A stretch of DNA of 32,000 nt from Candidatus Thorarchaeota archaeon (lineage in GTDB: Archaea; Asgardarchaeota; Thorarchaeia; Thorarchaeales; Thorarchaeaceae), in assembly GCA_003345555.1 (NCBI GenBank), contig PRDJ01000057.1, positions 1-32,000 on the forward strand, given 5' to 3'. The notes beneath the pieces were generated by a model, which saw nothing but the letters and a program-made list of their open reading frames with translations, was not told the origin of the DNA and did no database searches. The translations under genes were made by a program, and so were the position numbers. Shown here piece after piece: positions 23,801 through 32,000 of the stretch (the first letter of the stretch is position 1; each line of letters begins with the position of its first letter).

Positions 23801-25330
23801 ACTGTGACTGTCGACGGCGCGAGTCTCACAATCGAGGACGTTGTCCGTGTGGCAAGACATACAGAGCGTGTAGAGCTTGCCAATTCTGCGCGTGAGGGCA
23901 TTCTAAGCAGCCGAGGTGTTGTTGATGCTGCCGTGAAGGCTGGTCGCACCGTCTACGGTGTCAACACCGGTTTCGGAGATCTTGCTCAAGTGACCATAGC
24001 AAAAGGAGATCTCTCCCGTCTGCAACTGAACCTCATCAGAAGTCACAGTGTTGGCGTGGGCCCGCCATTCTCTAGCGACATTGTGCGTGCAATGATGCTT
24101 CTCAGAGCCAATGCTCTAGCAAAGGGCTATTCCGGCGTTCGTCCCCAAGTCATAGAGACCCTGCTTGATATGATTAACAGAGGAGTAATCCCCGTCGTTC
24201 CTCAACAAGGATCTGTGGGGTCAAGTGGTGATCTTGCGCCACTTGCGCACATGGTCTTGGTCCTAATAGGCGAGGGAGAGGCCTACTACGATGATGCGAA
24301 GCTCGACGGAGCTTCTGCAATGAAAAGAGCAAAGATCAAACCCGTGGTTCTGGAAGAGAAGGAGGGCGTCTCTCTCATCAATGGCACTCAACCTATGACG
24401 GCGGTGGGAGCTCTGACAGTTCACGATGCGATGGCTCTTGTGAAAGACGCTTCAATAGCTGCTGCATTGAGCTTGGAAGCTCTTAGAGGAACAAGGAAGG
24501 CCTTTGACGAACGGATACATTCGGTGCGGCCTCACAAGGGCCAGCTTGCAGTCGCGAAAGCCATGAGAACCCTCCTTGTTGACAGCGAAATCAACAGGTC
24601 TCATGCGAACTGTGGGAAGGTTCAGGATGCGTACTCGCTGCGGTGTATTCCTCAGGTTCTCGGTGCGTCACTGGATGCGGTCCGATACGCAAGGACCGTT
24701 ATCCAAGTAGAGATAAACTCTGCAACGGACAACCCACTAGTCTTCTCTGATACGGAAGAAGTCATCTCAGGCGGCAATTTCCACGGAGAGCCCATTGCAT
24801 TGGCCATGGACTTCTTGGGCATAGCTCTTTCCGAAATCGCCAACATATCCGAGAGACGCGTAAACAGACTTGTAGATCCGAAGCTCAGCGGTCTCCCTGC
24901 ATTCCTCACGCGAGAGAGTGGGATTCAATCAGGCATGATGATTGCTCAATACACGGCAGCTGCTCTGGTCTCTGAAAACAAGGTGCTGGCACATCCTGCA
25001 AGTGTGGACTCGATACCGACGAGTGCTGACCAAGAAGATCATGTGAGCATGGGCACGATAGCTGCCAGAAAGGCCTCCCAAATATTGGAAAACGCTCAGA
25101 ATGTCATTGCGATAGAATACATGTGCGCTGCTCAAGGTTTGGACTTACTGTCGCCGCTGAAGCCGTCAGAGCCTCTTCAGAAGGCAATGTCTGTGATCAG
25201 GAGTTCTGTGAGGACACTTCAGGATGATAGGCCGCTGCAATCTGACATAGCACAGATAAGGGCGTTGATGAAATCCGGAGCTATCATGAATGAGGTGGAG
25301 AGGATTACGGGTTCTCTCTATGAGGACTAA
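23798..25330 (+). CDS. hutH: Histidine ammonia-lyase (MIO tripeptide Ser-Ser-Gly)
   Basis: VYGVNTGFG, LIRSH (His-specific SH), GSVGSSGDLAPL, KEG.SLINGT, QDAYSLRC.PQV, NSATDNP, GGNFHG, QEDHVSMG. Confidence 0.97.
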   Translation: MTVTVDGASLTIEDVVRVARHTERVELANSAREGILSSRGVVDAAVKAGRTVYGVNTGFGDLAQVTIAKGDLSRLQLNLIRSHSVGVGPPFSSDIVRAMMLLRANALAKGYSGVRPQVIETLLDMINRGVIPVVPQQGSVGSSGDLAPLAHMVLVLIGEGEAYYDDAKLDGASAMKRAKIKPVVLEEKEGVSLINGTQPMTAVGALTVHDAMALVKDASIAAALSLEALRGTRKAFDERIHSVRPHKGQLAVAKAMRTLLVDSEINRSHANCGKVQDAYSLRCIPQVLGASLDAVRYARTVIQVEINSATDNPLVFSDTEEVISGGNFHGEPIALAMDFLGIALSEIANISERRVNRLVDPKLSGLPAFLTRESGIQSGMMIAQYTAAALVSENKVLAHPASVDSIPTSADQEDHVSMGTIAARKASQILENAQNVIAIEYMCAAQGLDLLSPLKPSEPLQKAMSVIRSSVRTLQDDRPLQSDIAQIRALMKSGAIMNEVERITGSLYED

Positions 25331-25388
25331 CCGGCCTCTTGGACAAGACTGAGTGGTATCGCACGCGAACTGATCAAGTGGAAGCGCC

Positions 25389-26654
25389 TTAGGGTCCCAA
25401 TCTTGTACGAATTACTTGCCCGTTTGCTACAATCGTGTGGACAAGATTCACTCCGAATCTATATGCTAGGTACTCGGGGGTCGGACAATCAAGGATGATA
25501 ATGTCTGCCTTCTTGCCCGGTTCAAGGCTTCCGATGCTATCTCCATGGCCAATCGCATGAGCCGCATTGATCGTCACCGCTGTAATCGCTTCACGGGGAT
25601 GCATCCTCATCTTATGACAGGCTAGGGCAATCGTAAAGAAGAGCGATTCGTTCGCACAGTTTGGATTGAAATCCGTCGCCAGGGCGACCGGGAGACCCAT
25701 CTCAATCATTTTCCGTGCGTTCGCATAGTCGCTGTTCATACTGAAGGAGGTCGCCGGTAGGAGCGTCGCGATAGTTCCAGCTTTCCGCATTGCCTCAAGG
25801 CCATCTTCGGACGCCATCAGCAGGTGGTCAGCTGATGTTGCACCTACCTCTGCTGCTAGGTCGGCTCCACCCAGATGCACTATCTCATCTGCATGCACCT
25901 TGAGCCTCAATCCTGCTTTTCTAGCTGCCAGCAGAATGCGCCGAGACTGCTCAACATCGAAGACTCCTTTCTCGCAGAACACGTCGCAGAATTCAGCCAA
26001 CTTGCGCTTGGTCACTGCCGGAATCATCTTATTGATGACCAAGTCGACGTAGTCGTTGGTCTTTCCATCATATTCAGGAGGAACGGCATGTGCGCCGAGG
26101 AATGTGCTGACGAAGCCCATCGGCAGACGCCGCGGCAATCCTTCGATGGCCTCTAGTATCTTGATTTCGTCGTTCACACTAAGCCCATACCCGCTTTTCG
26201 CTTCCACGGTCGTGGTTCCTTCAGCGAGCATATTTGAAGCAAAAGAGTAAGCCAAGTTCGATAGTTGGTCACGACTGGCTGCACGAGTGGCTCGAACAGT
26301 ATTCAGGATGCCACCTCCGGCCTTGAGTATGTCCATGTATGTCTTTCCTGCGAGCTTCATTGTAAAGTCGTTCTCGCGAGAACCGCCAAACACGAGGTGC
26401 GTGTGGCTGTCCACGAAACCGGGTAAACCTAGCATGCCCGGAAACTCAAGGCTGGGAAGGGCTGGGTCCTCTGTCACTTGATTCAGAACTTCCTTCGTGG
26501 TGCCGATTGCTGCGATTGTTCCCCCTTTGATGGCAACTGCAGCATCTTCCACTATGGAAAGCTCTTTCATGCTCTCTCCTGTCCTGGCGACATAGCTATT
26601 GCCCCGGAGAGTCGCAAGCTGGGCAATATGTGTGAGCAAAACATCGGGTTTCAA
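25389..26654 (-). CDS. hutI: Imidazolonepropionase
   Basis: PGFVDSHTHLVFGGSRE, EAKSGYGL, TFLGAH, DVFCEKG, KVHADE, SADHL, ALATDFNP, GSLEPGKKAD. Confidence 0.96.
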   Translation of the reverse strand: MKPDVLLTHIAQLATLRGNSYVARTGESMKELSIVEDAAVAIKGGTIAAIGTTKEVLNQVTEDPALPSLEFPGMLGLPGFVDSHTHLVFGGSRENDFTMKLAGKTYMDILKAGGGILNTVRATRAASRDQLSNLAYSFASNMLAEGTTTVEAKSGYGLSVNDEIKILEAIEGLPRRLPMGFVSTFLGAHAVPPEYDGKTNDYVDLVINKMIPAVTKRKLAEFCDVFCEKGVFDVEQSRRILLAARKAGLRLKVHADEIVHLGGADLAAEVGATSADHLLMASEDGLEAMRKAGTIATLLPATSFSMNSDYANARKMIEMGLPVALATDFNPNCANESLFFTIALACHKMRMHPREAITAVTINAAHAIGHGDSIGSLEPGKKADIIILDCPTPEYLAYRFGVNLVHTIVANGQVIRTRLGP

Positions 26655-26778
26655 TGCATTTCGCGCTAAGGTTCTCTATTAATCACCTGATTTGTATTTC
26701 GTTGACCATTGTCGCAGCCGCATTAATTAGGCGGCCTTGTCTGCCAAAGTCAAGGCATTCTTGGTGGTTCCAAGAACA

Positions 26779-27360
26779 GTGAAGTACATTATCTTGAGTT
26801 GGCAGGATGTCTACAACCTGACCCTACAGCTTTCGGAGCGTATTGTAGAGAGTGGTTTCAAGCCCCAAGTCATTGTTGGCATAGCACGAGGTGGGTGGAT
26901 CCCTGCAAGGATTCTTTCGGATGTACTCTACACGAATGCGATGTTCAATGTGCGGATAGAGTACTATAGCGAGCTTGGAATTAAGGGCCCAGAGCCGAAG
27001 GTGACACAGCCACTTTCAGTTCCCATTGAAGGCAAGAGAGTGCTGCTCGTGGATGAAATAGCAGACACGGGTGATAGCTTGATTCACGGAATTGACTACA
27101 TAAAGAAGCTCGGTGCCAGTGAAGTCCGCTCTGCAGTCTTGCAGCTCAAGCCATCGTGTAGGATTCTTCCTGACTACTTCATCCAGAAAGTTGACGCTTG
27201 GACTGTCTATCCTTGGGAACACCGAGAGTCGATAATAGCCATGGTGAAAGCGTTTAAGACGGAGAATCCATCTCTCGATATGAAGCACATTCGGGACAAG
27301 CTTGTGTTCGAGGTCGGCTTTGATCCGGCTGTTGCTGATTATTTCATCAAACGTCTGTAG
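26779..27360 (+). CDS. Type I phosphoribosyltransferase (archaeal hypoxanthine/xanthine-guanine PRT-like)
   Basis: GIARGGWIPARILSD, PRPP loop VLLVDEIADTGDSL, W.VYPWE. Likely start is GTG 26779 (track gives TTG 26737). Confidence 0.88.
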   Translation: MKYIILSWQDVYNLTLQLSERIVESGFKPQVIVGIARGGWIPARILSDVLYTNAMFNVRIEYYSELGIKGPEPKVTQPLSVPIEGKRVLLVDEIADTGDSLIHGIDYIKKLGASEVRSAVLQLKPSCRILPDYFIQKVDAWTVYPWEHRESIIAMVKAFKTENPSLDMKHIRDKLVFEVGFDPAVADYFIKRL

Positions 27361-27387
27361 TCCCGTCGCGTTGCAGAGGTTCAGAAC

Positions 27388-27969
27388 TTGCTCTTGGAGA
27401 AGATAAGGCATCACGAATCCTCTCTAGGGGTTGCCGTTGGCCATCTGAAGAATGAGAAGCACTTGAAGAAAGACGAGCTGGTTCGCTTGTCCACCAAGAC
27501 GCGCAACAAGATTCTTGCAATTCAGTTCTTGAACCCCGCCCTTATTGCAGGCGACCTTCATATTCTTTCAGCTGCTCAAAACGCGGTGAATGCTTGGTCG
27601 GAAGGATATGCGATCTCGCGGGGTCTGGATGTCGAGATTGCAGTATACGCTTCCGGACAGCGACAGATAGGGCCCGCACTTGAATCGATGGGATTGCGGG
27701 ACAACATGATTTCGCTTGCTCTCGTGATAATCGGTGACGATGACTCAGCTGTGAAGGATGCATTTGAGGAACTCGTACACGCGGTCGGCAGAGAGATTCA
27801 TCCCAGCTTCCCTGTGAGTGCAGACAAGAAGCGAAAGATCATGGAGCATTTTGGGATTAACGACACTGAAATCAAGGCGATAAGTGATTCGGACAATCCG
27901 GACGAAGTTCTTGAAGCGTTGAGTAGATGCGTCGCCAGCAGAGTTTCCATGGTATCCATCGAGACGTGA
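27388..27969 (+). CDS. cgi121: KEOPS complex subunit Cgi121
   Basis: IQFLNP.LIAG..HI.SA, SR.LDVEI.VYASGQRQI..AL..MGL, final A.V pattern. Confidence 0.88.
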   Translation: MLLEKIRHHESSLGVAVGHLKNEKHLKKDELVRLSTKTRNKILAIQFLNPALIAGDLHILSAAQNAVNAWSEGYAISRGLDVEIAVYASGQRQIGPALESMGLRDNMISLALVIIGDDDSAVKDAFEELVHAVGREIHPSFPVSADKKRKIMEHFGINDTEIKAISDSDNPDEVLEALSRCVASRVSMVSIET

Positions 27970-28005
27970 TTCTGTGAAAACACGAATCTGTTGAGCCGGA
28001 AATGC

Positions 28006-28563
28006 CTAGGGAACTCCGTTCTCTATTGTTCTCACAGACAGAATATCATCATCTCTGACAAGGACCGAGATTCCACTAATCTCGCCGATGATCTCGACCC
28101 ACACAGTCTTGTCGGGCCTCTTCAAGTCAACTCTCCGATGTATGACCTCGGCAACCTTGTGAACAACGTCCATGCTAGTGAGCTTGGACTGTCTTCTTCT
28201 AACGGTGACCCTAAACGATTCGTTGTCTTGTATCTTATCTCTGAGATCAACGACTGCGCTGACGATTTCATCCAGGCTTGAGGGTACACATCTCTCAATC
28301 GGGGTAAATCTTAGCGCAAAACGGAACTGGTAGGGATTCTCGATTGCGAACTTCCTAAGTTCGTGCGTGGTCTGGAAAGGGTCGAGTGTGGTCCAACATG
28401 TTAGAAGGCCAGAGCCTGAAATGGCCATGATGAGAAGGTCCGGGTCGTCTAGCAAATCCCCAATGAAGTACTGAACTTCCGACTTTGCAGCATGCTCTCG
28501 CTCACGGGGACACCCAACCAAGAGATTGAATCTCCGCAGAACCAATCCCTCATCGGTCTGCAT
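28006..28563 (-). CDS. Stand-alone THUMP-domain protein (Tan1-like)
   Basis: FNLLV, LRFTPIE, ESFRVTVRRR, VDLKRPDKTVWVEIIG..GISV. Confidence 0.88.
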   Translation of the reverse strand: MQTDEGLVLRRFNLLVGCPREREHAAKSEVQYFIGDLLDDPDLLIMAISGSGLLTCWTTLDPFQTTHELRKFAIENPYQFRFALRFTPIERCVPSSLDEIVSAVVDLRDKIQDNESFRVTVRRRQSKLTSMDVVHKVAEVIHRRVDLKRPDKTVWVEIIGEISGISVLVRDDDILSVRTIENGVP

Positions 28564-29245
28564 AGACTATTCTTTTGCTCCAAAGACCCAGAGCCTTCGC
28601 ATCAACCTTTAGGACTTCGCTCAGACGTTCAACTGTCAGCTCCCCTTCACGGTACACTCTGATATTACTTGGAGCGCCGGGTTCAACTCCTATTATTGTG
28701 GAGTTGGCTGTTGACTTTGACGGCCCATCGTCGACGTAGAGGTCTACAGAATCTCCAAGCTGTTCAATTGCCGTGTTGACGTCAAAGGGACTCTGCCCGC
28801 CACTAATGTTCGCACTTGTGCCTACAATAGGTCCTCCGAGTTCCCTTGTGATAGTTCTCGGCACTGGGTGATTGGGAACCCTTACAGCAATGGAGTCCCG
28901 CTTTCCTGAGACTTTCGCAAGAACTGGATGTCTTGCCGTAACAACAAGGGTGAGTGCACCGGGCCAAAACAGCTTGACAAGGACTCTCTCAAGTTCTCCG
29001 AAGTCATGATACGTCTCGCATTGGGCCAAGTCCGCGAATAGGAGCGGCACTCCCATACTCGGGTCCCGCTTCTTTGCAGCCACCAGTTTGTCCATTGCTT
29101 TGTCTTGTGTAGGATCGCAGCCCAGCCCATAGCTTGTATCCGTGGGATACACAACGAGCCCACCAGATCTAATCACCGACACAGCTCTGTTGACAGCTTT
29201 TCCTAGATTCTTCGTCGATTCGATTGCTGGTTTCTTTTTTCCCAT
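28550..29245 (-). CDS. tsaC: Threonylcarbamoyl-AMP synthase, single-domain TsaC/YrdC form
   Basis: VYPTDTSYGLGCD, KKR, FWPGALT, AVRVP, TSANISG; 231 aa from ATG 29245; no Sua5 C-terminal domain. Confidence 0.92.
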   Translation of the reverse strand: MGKKKPAIESTKNLGKAVNRAVSVIRSGGLVVYPTDTSYGLGCDPTQDKAMDKLVAAKKRDPSMGVPLLFADLAQCETYHDFGELERVLVKLFWPGALTLVVTARHPVLAKVSGKRDSIAVRVPNHPVPRTITRELGGPIVGTSANISGGQSPFDVNTAIEQLGDSVDLYVDDGPSKSTANSTIIGVEPGAPSNIRVYREGELTVERLSEVLKVDAKALGLWSKRIVYADR

Positions 29246-29299
29246 CTGGTCTCTGAACCTTATCGGTACAAACACACATATGGCCGTTATGCTTCGCTG

Positions 29300-30355
29300 T
29301 TGCCAAAGGAGGAACCCCTCATCCGCGCGGTGATACTAGCGGCTGGCAGAGGAGAGAGAATGCAGCCGCTAAGCGATTTCGTGCCAAAGCCGCTCTTGTT
29401 CTGTGCAGGTTTGACGCTAATAGAGCGACTCATTCGCTCATTGATTGAAGCTGGTGTCGGGAAATTCACAGTAGGCGTCGGCTGGAAAGGTGACCTCGTC
29501 AGGGAACACCTGACAGCAATTCCAGAGGGCAGACTCATCGAGGTTGTGGATGTGCCTGATTACAGACGGGGTCCGCTGCGAACATTAGTATCAGCTCTCT
29601 CGAATGTAGGTGACCGATCATTTCTGCTCTGCCCTGCTGACTATGTCGTTGAGCCAGAAACAGTATCCGGACTGATATCAGAGCACACCCACGGATCCGG
29701 CCGCCGAGTCATTACCATGCTTGTTGATTCGAATAGACAAGAAGGTACTCCGGTGTTTGGACATGGCAATGGGCTCGTAGCAGGCATAGGGGATTCTGCA
29801 ATATCCTTCAATCACATTGGTTCCAGTGCTATGTTATTGCTAGCAATGCGAAGCTTCAAAGCTGATTGTGAGGCGGCGCTCGAAGAAGGCAGTACTCAGG
29901 TTGTGTCAGCCATCAACAGGATGATCACTGAAGGCAAACCTATACGATATGCGTTAGTTAGGCAGCCATGGTTTGACGTCGATAGTCTTTCGGCTCTACT
30001 GGATGCAAACCATCATTTGCTGGAGCGCAGAACATCAGGAACAACTGGCACACTGTATGTACCTTCCGGGCAAGAAGTGGATTGGCGAAGCAACATACCA
30101 TCATCTATCCACTTAGACGCCGGGGTCAAGGTGACTGGTCCTACCCTTGTATGCGAATCATGTCGCATAGAATCGGAATCCAGAATCGGCCCATTCGCAA
30201 CAATCGGCCCGAACTGTCATGTCGGTGCGAGGACCATTATCGCAGAATCAATCCTATTCGAGCAATCTGAAGTACCGGGCGATGTCACTCTCGAGAATGC
30301 GGCCGTTTATGGGCAGACACCGTACAGGAGCAAAACCAGATATGTCCCCCAGTAG
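29300..30355 (+). CDS. NDP-sugar/polyol nucleotidyltransferase with C-terminal left-handed beta-helix
   Basis: AVILAAGRGERMQPL..FVPKPL, ADY, WFDVD, then hexapeptide repeats (IGPFATIGPNCHVG). Confidence 0.85.
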   Translation: MPKEEPLIRAVILAAGRGERMQPLSDFVPKPLLFCAGLTLIERLIRSLIEAGVGKFTVGVGWKGDLVREHLTAIPEGRLIEVVDVPDYRRGPLRTLVSALSNVGDRSFLLCPADYVVEPETVSGLISEHTHGSGRRVITMLVDSNRQEGTPVFGHGNGLVAGIGDSAISFNHIGSSAMLLLAMRSFKADCEAALEEGSTQVVSAINRMITEGKPIRYALVRQPWFDVDSLSALLDANHHLLERRTSGTTGTLYVPSGQEVDWRSNIPSSIHLDAGVKVTGPTLVCESCRIESESRIGPFATIGPNCHVGARTIIAESILFEQSEVPGDVTLENAAVYGQTPYRSKTRYVPQ

Positions 30356-30956
30356 GTTTCGGCTCAGACGCGTCTTCAGAAGACCCATTTCACTCGTGGC
30401 TCGTCCGCTCGTGAAGGCGGGAGTTCGCCCTGATACAGTCAGCTATCTTTCGCTTCTTGCCGCGGTCATTGCGTGGCTCACACTTCTGATTTTGCACCTT
30501 CCCGTCGAGTACGGAATACTTGTCTTCATCGTAGGCATTCTCGACGGATTGGATGGGGCTGTTGCAAGGGGAAGCGGTCGCGTTTCAAGAAGTGGTGCAC
30601 TGACGGACTCGGTCGTTGATAAGGTCGCTGAAGTTGTGCTGCTCGTAGCAATAGGAACCGCATACCCCGATGATGTTGTCCTAGGCCTCCCTGTCAGCAT
30701 TTGGGTCATTCTTTGCGTGTCGGGTTGGTTACTGACCAGTTACACTAGGTCAAGAGCCGAAGCGCTGGGTGTGACTGACTTGGATGTTGGTCTGGGTGGG
30801 CGTTCTGAGCGTCTCTTAATCTTGGCAGTCTTCTCCATGCTCGGGTGTCTACTTTGGGGTCTGGTGGTGTCAACATTCTTGGGGTTACTTACTGCTGGCT
30901 ATCGATTCAGTCACTACAAAGGCGAACTCGGAATTGCGGATCGAACCGTTTCTTAG
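30342..30956 (+). CDS. CDP-alcohol phosphatidyltransferase (archaetidylinositol-phosphate synthase-like)
   Basis: D-x2-DG-x2-AR-x8-G-x3-D-x3-D (DGLDGAVARGSGRVSRSGALTDSVVD), SYTRSRAE, GGRSERL. ATG 30342 overlaps the upstream stop. Confidence 0.88.
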   Translation: MSPSRFRLRRVFRRPISLVARPLVKAGVRPDTVSYLSLLAAVIAWLTLLILHLPVEYGILVFIVGILDGLDGAVARGSGRVSRSGALTDSVVDKVAEVVLLVAIGTAYPDDVVLGLPVSIWVILCVSGWLLTSYTRSRAEALGVTDLDVGLGGRSERLLILAVFSMLGCLLWGLVVSTFLGLLTAGYRFSHYKGELGIADRTVS

Positions 30957-31054
30957 AGAGTGCCTCAATTCATCTCAGCATTTGTGACCACCATGCTTAA
31001 GAGTCGCCTCAGGCCGCGCGCCTCTTGAAATCATCAAGTGGGAGTCTCGCGACT

Positions 31055-31471
31055 ATGGCCAAGTTCAGAGCGGATCATTACTTGACGGCGGAGTTCGAGA
31101 AGGCTGATGCCAGCACAGATACAAAGAGGGTCTTAGAAGCGCTCCAAGGTATAAAGGAACTCAAGGATCTCGCCGTAGTTTCAAGGAAATTAGAGGGTAA
31201 ACAGTGGTCTGAGATTCTAGGGCGGGTAGACATTCCAGCTGGTTCGAGGGAGTTCTTCGCAATGATCAAGAAAGACACAACACCACGCGAGCCCTACAAC
31301 CTCTTCATAAGAATCGACATCAATCAAGAGGCCCCAGATATCGGCGCGGCCCGCGCGGCGGCGAAGGGCTGGATTGAAAGTGAGTTCGTGCCCAGAATCA
31401 GGGCGAAGATAATTGTAAGGTCAATAAGGGTTCTGCAGCCAGAAGAGCTATACCGACCCAGAATCAGCTAG
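31055..31471 (+). CDS. Hypothetical protein
   Basis: 138 aa from ATG 31055 with RBS-like GGGAG upstream; globular alpha/beta-like composition; no family recognised. Confidence 0.7.
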   Translation: MAKFRADHYLTAEFEKADASTDTKRVLEALQGIKELKDLAVVSRKLEGKQWSEILGRVDIPAGSREFFAMIKKDTTPREPYNLFIRIDINQEAPDIGAARAAAKGWIESEFVPRIRAKIIVRSIRVLQPEELYRPRIS

Positions 31472-31478
31472 CACCGAA

Positions 31479-32000
31479 TCACGGTACGGCTGTGATGAGG
31501 TTCAAGTTGTTACCTATCGCCTGTACAATTTCCGTGTTACCGTCTCCATCGAAATCACCAAGTGCCAAGAGAGACTCCACGGGCTTTGGGGCGGTTTTCA
31601 GCGACGCATCTTGAATTAGCTCCTCGCCGTTGTAGGAGAGGAGCAGGATTGTTGAGTCTCTCAGGCTAAGTACAATATGCTGCAGGTGCGAGTCCTTCTG
31701 GAGGTGTCCCACTTGAAGGGAGCTCACTTCAGATGGCAATTTCAGGCCCGTCTTCATTTCTAGCTTGCTCTGCCCCATGGCAAGCAAACCAAGAGCGCGG
31801 CCGTCCGATACAATGACCACATCGTCATTCTTGTCCCCCGTTATGTTGCCTGTGGCTAGAAGATGCCCCTCGCCCCCCACAGTCAGTCTCGAAAGCTCCT
31901 GCAGCCTATCATCTGCATAATGGTACACATAAAGCGACCCAGAATCATCGCCGAATACAAGTCCGCTATATGGCATTCCTCTATTTCTCAAGGGCTGCAA
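31479..32000 (-). CDS. FG-GAP/VCBS-like repeat beta-propeller protein, C-terminal part (start lies beyond the window)
   Basis: Repeats GNITGDKNDDVVI, GHLQKDSHLQHIV and GDFDGDGNTEIV at roughly 45-aa spacing; frame open to base 32000. Confidence 0.75.
   Translation of the reverse strand: MQPLRNRGMPYSGLVFGDDSGSLYVYHYADDRLQELSRLTVGGEGHLLATGNITGDKNDDVVIVSDGRALGLLAMGQSKLEMKTGLKLPSEVSSLQVGHLQKDSHLQHIVLSLRDSTILLLSYNGEELIQDASLKTAPKPVESLLALGDFDGDGNTEIVQAIGNNLNLITAVP

Noticed and set aside
1-32000. Mobile elements, CRISPR arrays, rRNA or tRNA genes
   Set aside because: No transposase or integrase motifs, regularly spaced repeats or complete RNA-gene structures were found by eye on either strand.

Overview
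Gene-dense archaeal chromosomal window. The gene order, the GGAGG/GGTGA-type ribosome-binding sites and the frequent GTG/TTG starts indicate an archaeon; the protein styles suggest an Asgard archaeon, probably Thorarchaeia (inference only). Left to right: a 5'-truncated tungsten-type aldehyde:ferredoxin oxidoreductase; a stand-alone SCP2 protein; an AEC/PIN-family transporter; a NikR-type regulator inside a divergent ZnuABC/TroABC-type metal ABC system with a 6-16-6 palindromic operator; the archaeal proteasome/exosome superoperon (psmA, SBDS, rrp4, rrp41, rrp42, rpl37ae, Brix, pcc1, pfdB, DUF3194, DHH) followed by an ECF A-A'-T module; a DinB gene with a helix-turn-helix-less Lrp/RAM-like five-Cys protein; a split histidine-utilisation cluster (long-form hutU, hutH with a Ser-Ser-Gly MIO motif, hutI) interrupted by three accessory genes, two of which share one Zn-ribbon module; a purine PRTase; a tRNA-modification group (cgi121, THUMP, short tsaC); a nucleotidyltransferase plus CDP-alcohol phosphatidyltransferase pair; and the C-terminus of an FG-GAP-like propeller. 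No rRNA, tRNA, CRISPR array or mobile element was found. The best leads are the NikR-controlled ABC system with an altered binding site and visible operator, candidate structured leaders (hutH, psmA, rpl37ae), the DinB plus RAM/Cys pair with a possible ACG start, and the shared Zn-ribbon module. All base pairings were found by eye; none was folded or searched computationally.
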